Shown here one piece after another: positions 45,259 to 54,173 of a stretch of 64,000 nt of DNA (positions are counted from its first letter, which is position 1; each line of letters starts with the position of its first letter). The stretch spans positions 5,139-69,138 of the forward strand of contig VMER01000001.1 in assembly GCA_007375645.1 (NCBI GenBank), written 5' to 3'. The stretch comes from Parcubacteria group bacterium LiPW_15. GTDB taxonomy: Bacteria; Patescibacteriota; Minisyncoccia; UBA6257; 2-01-FULL-56-20. The notes below the pieces were generated by a model, which worked only from the letters and a program-made list of their open reading frames with translations, did no database searches and was not told the DNA's origin. A program made the position numbers and the translations under genes.

Positions 45259-48093
45259 ATGATGAGGAATAAAACAAATGTTATCAGGATGGCCGGTTTG
45301 TTTTTCCTTGTCTTGGGAGTGGCTCTTGCGGCGCAAAGTTTTGCCATAACCGGTCCCAGCGCCGGTGCCGGAGTCGGCAGTGGTTTGATAGATGTTGAAC
45401 CCACGGGGACAGGCAATCTTAGCGTTGGCGCAACCGCCGCGGATACAAGTACAAAATTTCAAATTACCGGCACAACCGCCAATAGTAGCGCCTTTGGTTT
45501 GAAAGTTTGGCCCTCAAGCGGTTCGGTTAATTTTCAGGTCAGAAATGACGGCGTTGTCTCTATTACTTCAACCACCTATATCGGCGGCAGCATATGTTTC
45601 GGAGCCATCGGGGCCACCGACTGCGTGTCCTCTTGGAGCGGCGTTGGCGGGGGAGTGACTTCCACTCCGGCCGGATATGTGACCCCCGGATATTTTAATT
45701 CTATCGCGGGAACGGGCGGGAATTATAGTTTTCCGGCAGCGCTTTCTATCGGAACCTCCACTGCTCCGTCGGGCGGAGTTTTGTTCGTGAATGGCAATAT
45801 TGGAATAGGGACGGCAGCGCCTGGGGTAAAAGTAGAAATTTTCGGCACTGATAATGCTCTTAGATTAACTTACGACGCTACTCACTATGCTACCCTCGCT
45901 GCCGGAAATTCAGGTAAGCTCACGGCATCATTTTCCGGTTCGGGATCCACTGGCGGGTATCTGGATATAACCCAGGCTCATACCTACTACGGATTTTTAA
46001 TTCATAGCGGCGCAAGCTGGGGCGGACAGGGGTTGATCGGTACAAATAAAGATTTAGGGATCTCTACCGCAACAACCACTCAAGATATAGTTTTTTACGG
46101 TAATAATTTTAGCGCTAATGAATACGTGAGAATAAAGGGCACGGGTAATGTCGGTATTGCGACAACAACACCGGGAAGTAAGCTAACCGTTGCCGGAGCG
46201 ATCTATTCCTCCACCGGCGGTTTCAAATTCCCCGATGGTACTACCCAGACGACTGCCGCTGGCGCAGGGACAAGCTACTGGACCCTTTCCGGTACCGGTT
46301 TATATCCGACTTCTACCGCGTATCAAGTTGGCATCGGAACGACAGAGCCGCACTATCCGCTTGAGGTTTACGGAACCTCAAATAAATTAGGCATAACCTA
46401 TAGCTACAGCGCCTTGGCGGGAGACTCAACCGGCGGAGAACTGTACGCGAGTAGCAACGGGGACCTGCATATCAATGCTAAGAGAGCGACCACCCTTATT
46501 GAAAACAGAAATATTTTATTATCCGAGGCGGGGGGCAATGTTGGAATAGGCACTTCGACTCCCGGGAGCCCCCTGACTGTTGTAGGGGCAATTTATTCCT
46601 CCACCGGCGGTTTCAAGTTCCCCGACGGCACCACCCAGACGACTGCCGCAACCGGCGGCGGAGGGACCAACTACTTCACTCTTTCCGGGACCAGCCTTTA
46701 TCCTACGTCCACCGCATATGAATTGGCTGTCGGTACCGCATCGGTAGACACAAATTACGCTATCACTACAGCCGGAGGCGGCATAAAGGCGGAATCAACG
46801 AGCCAACCGGCTGGATATTTTAATTCTTCTTCCGGCTACGGTCTTATCGTGAATACCGGAAAAGTTGGAGTTGGAACAACTACGCCTGTCGGAATGTTCA
46901 CCGTAGCTACTTCTACCGGTGCCGGATTCTTCACCGTTCTTCCAAACGGGAATGTTGGAGTCGGAACCGCAAATCCAACTCAAAAGTTCCACGTAATTGG
47001 AGCTGCCTATGCGGATTCAAATATGCAATCTCCTACCGGGTACTTTAATGTTCTTCGCCCGCTAACCACCGGAGGAGATCTTAGGTTTTTGGATAGCACA
47101 AGCACCGAAAGGATGAGGCTGGCTTCCACCGGCAATCTTGGAGTTGGAACGTCAACGCCGAGTGCAAGATTGGATGTGATGGGAAACATACTCGCCGGAG
47201 ATCGAGCCTCAACCGCTGATGGTTATCTGGATTTTGGAAGTAATGGCGCCGGATCGGCTAGGATTGCTAGGACCGGAATGGGGGCAACCGATTCGTCTTT
47301 GGTATTATCCACCACTTGGGGCACTCTTCAAGAAAGGATGAGAATTACCGGGTTGGGCAAAGTTGGTATTGCCACCACAACTCCCGGCAGCCAGCTAACC
47401 GTTGCCGGCGAAATATATTCCGCGACCGGCGGCTTCAAGTTTCCGGATGGAACAACGCAGACGACGGCGGCGACCGGCGGCAGTGGAACTAATTATTTTA
47501 CTCTTTCCGGAACAAACCTGTATCCGACCTCTACCGCGTATAAAGTTGGCATAGCTACCACTACTCCCGGTTATCCGCTAACGGTGGATGGAACGTCTAT
47601 GTTTACCGGGACCATGACCATCGGTTTAACCGGTGCAGGCAAATTAAACGTCGGAACAGTTGACCCGCCGTATACGATAAACGGCATGCAATACGCGACT
47701 TATATGCCCGGTATGACCGGACAAAAAGAAGAAACTACCGGGGAAGTTAACGTTCGGTGCCAGTCAGACTCCAGGTGCGAATATGTTATTGATTTTAAGA
47801 GCGTCGAGAGGGGGAGCGATCTTTGGCTTTTTGCGAAGACGACCAACTTGAAGGCTCAGATGAATAAACTGACCGTGCTTCTGACGCCATCTTTCAACGG
47901 AAAAGTTTGGTATGAAAAAGACGCGAAAAATATGGTTTTGAAAATATTTGGCGTCCCCTCCAAAGCCTTGGCGAAGGAGGGCCGTTCCGATCTTTCCGTT
48001 TCGTATCGTCTTACCGCGCCTCGCTTTGATTCGGCGAATTGGCTAAATACCAGGAACGAGCCAGGTGTCAACGGTTTCGTAATTAACGACTAA
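45259..48093 (+). CDS. Large secreted Gly/Thr-rich fibre-like protein with GNVGIGTxxP repeats
   Basis: Signal peptide; about ten VGIGT/VGIAT repeats; three copies of a ~60-aa GGFKFPDGTTQTTAA module. Confidence 0.85.
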   Translation: MMRNKTNVIRMAGLFFLVLGVALAAQSFAITGPSAGAGVGSGLIDVEPTGTGNLSVGATAADTSTKFQITGTTANSSAFGLKVWPSSGSVNFQVRNDGVVSITSTTYIGGSICFGAIGATDCVSSWSGVGGGVTSTPAGYVTPGYFNSIAGTGGNYSFPAALSIGTSTAPSGGVLFVNGNIGIGTAAPGVKVEIFGTDNALRLTYDATHYATLAAGNSGKLTASFSGSGSTGGYLDITQAHTYYGFLIHSGASWGGQGLIGTNKDLGISTATTTQDIVFYGNNFSANEYVRIKGTGNVGIATTTPGSKLTVAGAIYSSTGGFKFPDGTTQTTAAGAGTSYWTLSGTGLYPTSTAYQVGIGTTEPHYPLEVYGTSNKLGITYSYSALAGDSTGGELYASSNGDLHINAKRATTLIENRNILLSEAGGNVGIGTSTPGSPLTVVGAIYSSTGGFKFPDGTTQTTAATGGGGTNYFTLSGTSLYPTSTAYELAVGTASVDTNYAITTAGGGIKAESTSQPAGYFNSSSGYGLIVNTGKVGVGTTTPVGMFTVATSTGAGFFTVLPNGNVGVGTANPTQKFHVIGAAYADSNMQSPTGYFNVLRPLTTGGDLRFLDSTSTERMRLASTGNLGVGTSTPSARLDVMGNILAGDRASTADGYLDFGSNGAGSARIARTGMGATDSSLVLSTTWGTLQERMRITGLGKVGIATTTPGSQLTVAGEIYSATGGFKFPDGTTQTTAATGGSGTNYFTLSGTNLYPTSTAYKVGIATTTPGYPLTVDGTSMFTGTMTIGLTGAGKLNVGTVDPPYTINGMQYATYMPGMTGQKEETTGEVNVRCQSDSRCEYVIDFKSVERGSDLWLFAKTTNLKAQMNKLTVLLTPSFNGKVWYEKDAKNMVLKIFGVPSKALAKEGRSDLSVSYRLTAPRFDSANWLNTRNEPGVNGFVIND
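47956..47981. repeat. Short palindromic element (family A) inside the fibre gene
   Basis: ccctcc-aaagccttggcgaa-ggaggg; read as PSKALAKEG. Confidence 0.75.
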
Positions 48094-48103
48094 ATAAAGA
48101 CGG

Positions 48104-50236
48104 ATGAACATTTCTCCGAAAATAAAAATAATTTTTGGTACAACGATCGTCTTGTTGGTCCTTGCCGGAATCGGAATTTATTCGGCAAAGATAAATAAGA
48201 ACGGAGGTTCGGAGGAAATAGTTTACGAAAGAGGGAAACCGGTGATTCCTCACGGGATCCAGACTTACGAGTTTCTGCAGTCTTCGCGCGTCAGTCCGCG
48301 CATTCGGTTTCTAACCGTTGATCCTCTGGACGCGAAACCCGGAGAAACACAAAAGTTTAGGGTTGCGGTTGAGGGAAGTTTGCCGGTTGTTTCCGTCACC
48401 TTGGATATAGAAGACGATGCCGGGATCTCAAGTCTTGCACTCAAGAAAGACTTGAGCGGGGAAATGCCGGCATCTAGATATTCGATCGGAAAGGACAACG
48501 ATCTTACTTTTATTCCACAGAAAGAGAATCCTTCTTCGACGATCTTTCATTGGGTCGGGGAAAGGGTTGTCAAAAACAAAAGTGATTCAAAGTTCTCTAT
48601 CGGCATTACCGCGAAAGAATCGATTCCTCTTAAAGATGTGGCCGGCAATCGGCTGCCCAAGACGCCCGCAGCCGGTAATTTTGTGCGCATTGGGGTTGCA
48701 AACCTGGAGTGGAATAAAGTCTGTGGGATACCTTTCGGGGGCGATTGGAGTTCTTCCGAATCTTGTGCGGTTTCATTTCCGGACGGGGTAGATGAAGGGA
48801 GCGCTCATATCCAGAACTATTCCACTGTTGTCTTGGACGCAGATTTCGGAGTGAACGCAGATAAGACAATTATCTTTCAACCGATCGGGATAGTCGCCGT
48901 GAACACCAAGGCGAAGATAGTTCAGGGCAATATTTGGAAATTAAAATTAGACTCGGATGGGACGAAAGAGGTGATCTCGACGAATTCTCCGGGTTCCAGT
49001 TACAAGAGACGTTTTGAGTTCAAGGGAGGCTTTAAAACGGCATTTACGGATATAAATAATAAAAAGAAGGAGTTTGTGCTATCCCAGGGGCGGCAAGTGT
49101 TCCAAATAGCTTCCGCAGCCAAGACTGGGCCGAAAATAATTCAGGCGGATATAAATCCCTTGGACGTCAAAGTCGGCGACACCCAAAAATTATCTTTGGT
49201 TATACAGAGTCAGATCGAGATAGCTTCTGTCGTTGCGAGGATAGAAACCGACAAAGAAATCATTGAGCTTCCGCTTTCTTTGGATGGCCCAACTCCAAAA
49301 GCCAGTCTGCTCGAACCGAGATACGGCGTCGATGCCCATGGTTATCTGGCGTTTTTGAACAAAATTGATAACACCGGTTCAAATTCAAAATACGCCGTTC
49401 CGGGTGTTAAATCCGCCGAAGCCGCTTTGGAACCGAAAAGGTTTACATATAGTGGCTCTTGGATTGTGAGGGACACGCACTCCACTAAATATCATACAAG
49501 CTTTGTCGTAAAAGATATTAACGGGGCCGATAATTCTATTTTGATGGCCTGGTCCGATCCGTGCGGGACATTTGCGGGCGGGAATAGGGCGCTCAATACG
49601 TGTTCGTTTAGCGATGTGGATGGCGCGGATAATGGAAATCTCACCATAAATACTTCTCAGACAGTAACTCTGCAAAACGGCGCCACCTTGGCTTTCAATT
49701 CCGGAAGAACTCTAACGGTAAATGGAGCGATAGCTATTGCGGCCGGTGCTCAAATAACCCAAACCAATCTTTGGCTCATGGATATAGATGGCGATCTTTA
49801 TACTCCTTCCCTCACCCTTGCGGCTGCGGCGACGGCGCCGGCCAATAGCGGCAGGGCATACACTCGTTATACCTCTCCTTTGGATTGTTACGATCTGAAT
49901 AGCAGCGCTTTTCCAGATTCTAGTACTTGGAGCGATCGGGATCGCGGAGATTATTCTTTCGATTTTAATTGTGACGGCAACGATACTCCGGCTTTGGAGA
50001 GTGACGGCATTTCTTATCAAAATTGCAGAACCACAATACAGTATCCATTTTGTGCCGCGAATGCGTTCTCGGTTACCAATTGGTGTTCCGAGGGAATTAC
50101 TAACGGCGGGATTTGCACTAACGACAGGGTGGGTTGCGGCGAAGTCGGAAACATGGTCGTTTTAAATCAAGGGTATGCTGTTTGCGACGGCAGTTGTTCC
50201 GCCCAGGTCTTAGAGGTATATCAATCCTGTAATTAA
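48104..50236 (+). CDS. Membrane-anchored surface protein with internal duplication and Cys-rich C-terminus
   Basis: TM; duplicated Q(T/V)(Y/F)...PLD(A/V)KxG(E/D)TQK and DG(V/A)D(E/N)G units; DIDGD, DCYD, FDFNCDG acidic/Cys motifs. Confidence 0.8.
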   Translation: MNISPKIKIIFGTTIVLLVLAGIGIYSAKINKNGGSEEIVYERGKPVIPHGIQTYEFLQSSRVSPRIRFLTVDPLDAKPGETQKFRVAVEGSLPVVSVTLDIEDDAGISSLALKKDLSGEMPASRYSIGKDNDLTFIPQKENPSSTIFHWVGERVVKNKSDSKFSIGITAKESIPLKDVAGNRLPKTPAAGNFVRIGVANLEWNKVCGIPFGGDWSSSESCAVSFPDGVDEGSAHIQNYSTVVLDADFGVNADKTIIFQPIGIVAVNTKAKIVQGNIWKLKLDSDGTKEVISTNSPGSSYKRRFEFKGGFKTAFTDINNKKKEFVLSQGRQVFQIASAAKTGPKIIQADINPLDVKVGDTQKLSLVIQSQIEIASVVARIETDKEIIELPLSLDGPTPKASLLEPRYGVDAHGYLAFLNKIDNTGSNSKYAVPGVKSAEAALEPKRFTYSGSWIVRDTHSTKYHTSFVVKDINGADNSILMAWSDPCGTFAGGNRALNTCSFSDVDGADNGNLTINTSQTVTLQNGATLAFNSGRTLTVNGAIAIAAGAQITQTNLWLMDIDGDLYTPSLTLAAAATAPANSGRAYTRYTSPLDCYDLNSSAFPDSSTWSDRDRGDYSFDFNCDGNDTPALESDGISYQNCRTTIQYPFCAANAFSVTNWCSEGITNGGICTNDRVGCGEVGNMVVLNQGYAVCDGSCSAQVLEVYQSCN

Positions 50237-50263
50237 AAAATAAGCGCGATAAATGAGACAACT

Positions 50264-50291
50264 AAAAAAGCCCCTCTTCCCTGGAGGGGCT
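50264..50291 (-). terminator. Intrinsic terminator (probably bidirectional)
   Basis: aaaaa-agcccctc-ttccctg-gaggggct. Confidence 0.7.
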
Positions 50292-50307
50292 CTGTCTTTC
50301 GTTCGGG

Positions 50308-50649
50308 CTATTTGATCTTTGAGCCTCCCGTCAGCGTCTCGACATCTCCGATGTGTATTTCGGTGAATATTCTCGCTTCTATTCCTCCGTTGCCGTTATG
50401 ATCTTGCGTCGGAACGACCGCTTCAATGTGCCTCGCCTCACTGGCCGTCATGGGAAGCAGTCCGACCTTTCCCACCGTGGCAATCGCGATAGTCTGGACA
50501 TCGTCACGTACGACAATGAGGAACTCATTGCCTGGTTTCAGGGAGAAATCTCCGGCTACGAAAAGAATATTCCATACTCCGTGCAGGATGTCGTAGCCGA
50601 GGCGGACAGATTCTCCCTCGAATTGCACTGCGAGTTTGAAAACGCTCAT
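50308..50649 (-). CDS. Hypothetical protein
   Basis: 113 aa; SD AAAGGAGG before ATG; minus-strand terminator downstream. Confidence 0.6.
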   Translation of the reverse strand: MSVFKLAVQFEGESVRLGYDILHGVWNILFVAGDFSLKPGNEFLIVVRDDVQTIAIATVGKVGLLPMTASEARHIEAVVPTQDHNGNGGIEARIFTEIHIGDVETLTGGSKIK

Positions 50650-50751
50650 CTCGCCCTCCTTTGATGTGCCAATAATATTATGCTCCAGATCTCTTTTTGC
50701 GGAAAGCTGGGCGCTGGATTAATCAGCCCTTTTTGTGATAAATTAAGCCTA

Positions 50752-51990
50752 ATGCTTCAATCTAAATTGTTTACGAAGACATTAAGGGAGGCGCCCAAAG
50801 ATGAGGAGGCGTTGAACGCAAAGTTGCTTTTAAGGGCCGGTTTTGTAGACAAACTGATGGCCGGAGTTTATACCTTTTTGCCGTTGGGTCTTAGGGTGCT
50901 TAACAAGATCGAAACGGTTATTCGCGAGGAGATGAACGCGATCGGCGGTCAGGAGGTTTTGATGCCTGCGCTTCAGCCCAAAGAAAACTGGGAGGCGACC
51001 GGACGTTGGAATTCTTTTGAGGCGTTGTATAAAACCACTTCGCGTTTCGGCGGAGAGTATGCTCTCGGTCCGACTCATGAAGAAATAATAGTTCCGCTTG
51101 GAAAGAAATTTATTTTTTCTTACAAAGACCTTCCTTTCGCCGCGTACCAAATACAGACCAAGTTTAGGGATGAAAAGAGACCCAAGGGGGGACTTCTCCG
51201 CGGCCGGGAATTCAAAATGAAAGATCTCTACAGCTTTCATACCGATCCTGAGGATCTTTTAAAATATTATGCGAAAGCTCTCGCGGCCTATAAAAAGATA
51301 TTCAAGCGTTTGGGGCTTAAAGCCTTGGTGGTTGAGGCTTCGGGAGGCACTTTCTCCAAATACTCCCACGAATTTCAGGTGTTATCGCCGGGCGGCGAAG
51401 ATCTAATTTATGTTTGTTCCAAGTGCGATTTCGCGAAAAATAAGGAGATAGTGGACGAAGCTTTCGTGAGGGCGGCGGAGGCCGGTAAAGGTTCCTGCCC
51501 GAATTGTGGCGGAAAAGTCACTGCCGAAAACGGCATAGAAGTCGGGAATATTTTCCAGTTAAATACCAAATATTCCGATCCGTTCGCCCTCAAATACAAA
51601 GACGAGAAAGGAGAAGAAAAAATCGTTTACATGGGTTGCTACGGCATTGGCGTGAGCAGACTTTTGGGTACGATAGCGGAGATCTATAACGACGAGAAGG
51701 GTCTCGTTTGGCCAAAACCGGTGGCGCCATTCGCCGTGCATCTTTTGGAATTGAATGGTGCTTCCGCGAAAAAGATTTATGCCGAACTTACAAAAGCCGG
51801 AATAGAAGTTCTTTATGACGACAGGAAGATCTCGGCGGGCGCGAAGCTCAATGACTCCGACCTTCTCGGTATACCGTATCGAATTATTGTGAGCCCAAAG
51901 ACCGGAGCAAGGGTGGAATTCAAGGAAAGATCCAAAAAGACCGCCAAGCTTGTTAATCCCAAGCAATTGGTTAAACTGGTAAGACCTTAA
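50752..51990 (+). CDS. proS: Proline--tRNA ligase (short form, no INS editing domain)
   Basis: LGPTHEE, YQIQTKFRDEKRP, LLRGREFKMKDLYSF, IEVGNIFQL, MGCYGIGVSR. Confidence 0.97.
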   Translation: MLQSKLFTKTLREAPKDEEALNAKLLLRAGFVDKLMAGVYTFLPLGLRVLNKIETVIREEMNAIGGQEVLMPALQPKENWEATGRWNSFEALYKTTSRFGGEYALGPTHEEIIVPLGKKFIFSYKDLPFAAYQIQTKFRDEKRPKGGLLRGREFKMKDLYSFHTDPEDLLKYYAKALAAYKKIFKRLGLKALVVEASGGTFSKYSHEFQVLSPGGEDLIYVCSKCDFAKNKEIVDEAFVRAAEAGKGSCPNCGGKVTAENGIEVGNIFQLNTKYSDPFALKYKDEKGEEKIVYMGCYGIGVSRLLGTIAEIYNDEKGLVWPKPVAPFAVHLLELNGASAKKIYAELTKAGIEVLYDDRKISAGAKLNDSDLLGIPYRIIVSPKTGARVEFKERSKKTAKLVNPKQLVKLVRP

Positions 51991-51992
51991 CT

Positions 51993-53039
51993 ATGGCAAT
52001 AACGGACGCGTTCTTAAAAGACATCGGAGTGGACCTCGGAACGGCTAATTCTTTGGTTTATTTGAAGCAGGGCGGAATTGTGGTTAACGAGCCGTCTATC
52101 GCGGCCATAAACCTCAAAACCAACCAAATTTTGGCCGTGGGCGACGAGGCTAAACGCATGCTTGGCCGAACCCCCGCGCATATCAATGTGGTGCGCCCTT
52201 TGGTTGGCGGAGTTATTTCCGACTTTGATATGGCTCAGGAACTTTTGCGGCAATTTCTCAAAAAGATTTCTAAAGGGCATTTTTTCAGTTTTCGCCGGGC
52301 GCTCTTGGGAATCCCGAACGACCTGACCGAGGTGGAAAGAAAATCCGTGGAAGACGCGGCGCTTAACGCCGGCGCGACGCGAGTTCATTTGGTGGAGTCT
52401 CCGGTTGCCGCGGCTTTGGGGGCAAATCTTCCGATAGACACTCCGACCGCGAGCTTGATAATAGATATCGGCGGCGGTACGACCGATATCGCCGTTATTT
52501 CCATGGGCGGAACCGTTGTTTCAAAGACCCTTAAGATCGCCGGAGACAGATTTAACGAGGATATAATCCGCTTTGTTCGCGATGAGTACAAACTAGCGAT
52601 AGGAGAAGCCACCGCGGAAATGGCCAAGATCGCCGTAGGCTCGGCGGTTCCCTTGGATGAGAGGTTGGAGATCGCCATCCGCGGTCGAGATCTGGCAACC
52701 GGATTACCGCGCGAGGTAATCTTGAAAAATAACCATGTTCGCGCCGCGCTCGCCAAATCTTTACGCTCCATGCTTGACGCTATTCGCGAAGTGATAGAGC
52801 TAACCCCTCCGGAGCTTGCCGGAGATATGTTGAAGCAGGGAATTTATCTCTGTGGCGGCGGCGCGCTTCTCCGGGGCTTGGATGAACTCATAGAAAGAGA
52901 GACGCAGGTTGAAACCCATGTGGTGGACGAACCCTTGACCTGTTTAGCTCGGGGCTTAGGCATGATGGTGGATAATTTCGAGCGCTACGGAGAATTATTG
53001 GATAATCCTCTGAAGCCTCTGAATATCACGCTCTCATAA
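51993..53039 (+). CDS. mreB: Rod shape-determining protein MreB
   Basis: GVDLGTAN, NEPS, DIGGGTTD, TPPELAGD, GGGALLRGL. Confidence 0.96.
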   Translation: MAITDAFLKDIGVDLGTANSLVYLKQGGIVVNEPSIAAINLKTNQILAVGDEAKRMLGRTPAHINVVRPLVGGVISDFDMAQELLRQFLKKISKGHFFSFRRALLGIPNDLTEVERKSVEDAALNAGATRVHLVESPVAAALGANLPIDTPTASLIIDIGGGTTDIAVISMGGTVVSKTLKIAGDRFNEDIIRFVRDEYKLAIGEATAEMAKIAVGSAVPLDERLEIAIRGRDLATGLPREVILKNNHVRAALAKSLRSMLDAIREVIELTPPELAGDMLKQGIYLCGGGALLRGLDELIERETQVETHVVDEPLTCLARGLGMMVDNFERYGELLDNPLKPLNITLS

Positions 53040-53068
53040 AGATATTTAGCAATTCAAAATTCAGGACC

Positions 53069-53704
53069 ATGACCGGAGAAAAAGTTATACTTTTGGGTTT
53101 GGCGCTCGTATTTGTCGGTTTGTTGTTTTTACCACCCTCTGTTTTCCAGGGAGTTGCGCACGTGTTTAACTTCGGCTTCAGGAGCGCGGAAAATATACCT
53201 ACCGAAAATATATCCGTGCTTCAGGTATCGGTTCATCCCTATGCCGAAAAGAACATGCTGGTCGCGGATGTTTATTCCAGGTACCCTTTTAATTTCAAAA
53301 ATGAACTTTTAGCTGACGCCGGGGCGAGCGATAACGTTAAAAACGGAGGCGCGGCGATTTTCGACGGGGTATTGATCGGTAAAATAATCGAGGTAAAAGA
53401 TAGAACGGCGGTCATTCAGACGGTTTTTGACCCGAGTTTCAGTCTCCCCGTGAGGATAGGCAAAAGCAAGACCGATGCCCTTCTGATCGGCGGGGTGGAA
53501 CCGAGACTCACAATGATACCCAAGAACGCGGATATTGCTCCGGGGGATCTGGTCTATTCCGCATCGGCAAATTTTGAATACGGGCTTCTCGTCGGAACCG
53601 CCGGCACTCCGACCATTTCTGGGACAAATGTTTTTTCCGAAGCGCCATTGATACTCGGCTATAATCCCTTGGATATTCGCTATCTTTCCCTGGAGTCAAA
53701 ATGA
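53069..53704 (+). CDS. mreC: Rod shape-determining protein MreC
   Basis: TM then DAGASDNVK...LIGKIIEV...GDLVYS...GLLVG; position after mreB. Confidence 0.85.
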   Translation: MTGEKVILLGLALVFVGLLFLPPSVFQGVAHVFNFGFRSAENIPTENISVLQVSVHPYAEKNMLVADVYSRYPFNFKNELLADAGASDNVKNGGAAIFDGVLIGKIIEVKDRTAVIQTVFDPSFSLPVRIGKSKTDALLIGGVEPRLTMIPKNADIAPGDLVYSASANFEYGLLVGTAGTPTISGTNVFSEAPLILGYNPLDIRYLSLESK

Positions 53705-53705
53705 A

Positions 53706-54173
53706 ATGGAAAACCGATATACAAAAATTATTCTTGCGGTCCTTTCCCTGATTCTCGCGCTCGGTTTCGAGCTTAAATTTCTGGCGTCGCTTGGGTGGTC
53801 ATTCGATCTTTTTTTGTTGGCTGTAATTATCCCGGCATTTTTTTTGGACACGGCCGAATTTATTTTTTTTGGAGTTTTTGCCACCTTTCTCTCGAGGCTT
53901 ATCTATCCTTTCGATTCCGGCGGGATATTCGCCTTAATGGCACTCCCACTCGTTATATTCGCCCTCAAGAGGATTCTCCTCTGGCAGTCCTGGTTCGAAC
54001 CTCTTTTGGCGACGGCGCTCGGAATCCTAGGCTTCTACGCGCTGGTGGGCGCTCCTATTCTTGCGAACGGTTTCGGCTTTTTGGCGATGGATATCGCTGT
54101 GTCTTTCGCTTTTGCCTGGGGACTGTACGCACTTTTCGGCAGATTCACAAACAATGGAAGACAAAGACTATAA
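53706..54173 (+). CDS. MreD-like membrane protein
   Basis: 155-aa polytopic membrane protein between mreC and PBP2. Confidence 0.65.
   Translation: MENRYTKIILAVLSLILALGFELKFLASLGWSFDLFLLAVIIPAFFLDTAEFIFFGVFATFLSRLIYPFDSGGIFALMALPLVIFALKRILLWQSWFEPLLATALGILGFYALVGAPILANGFGFLAMDIAVSFAFAWGLYALFGRFTNNGRQRL

Noticed and set aside
46145-47550. Diversity-generating retroelement template/variable repeats
   Set aside because: Differences among repeats are not adenine-specific, all copies are inside one ORF, and there is no reverse transcriptase in the window.
50353-50664. 103-aa + strand ORF
   Set aside because: The overlapping minus-strand ORF has the SD and the oriented terminator; the strand choice remains moderately uncertain.
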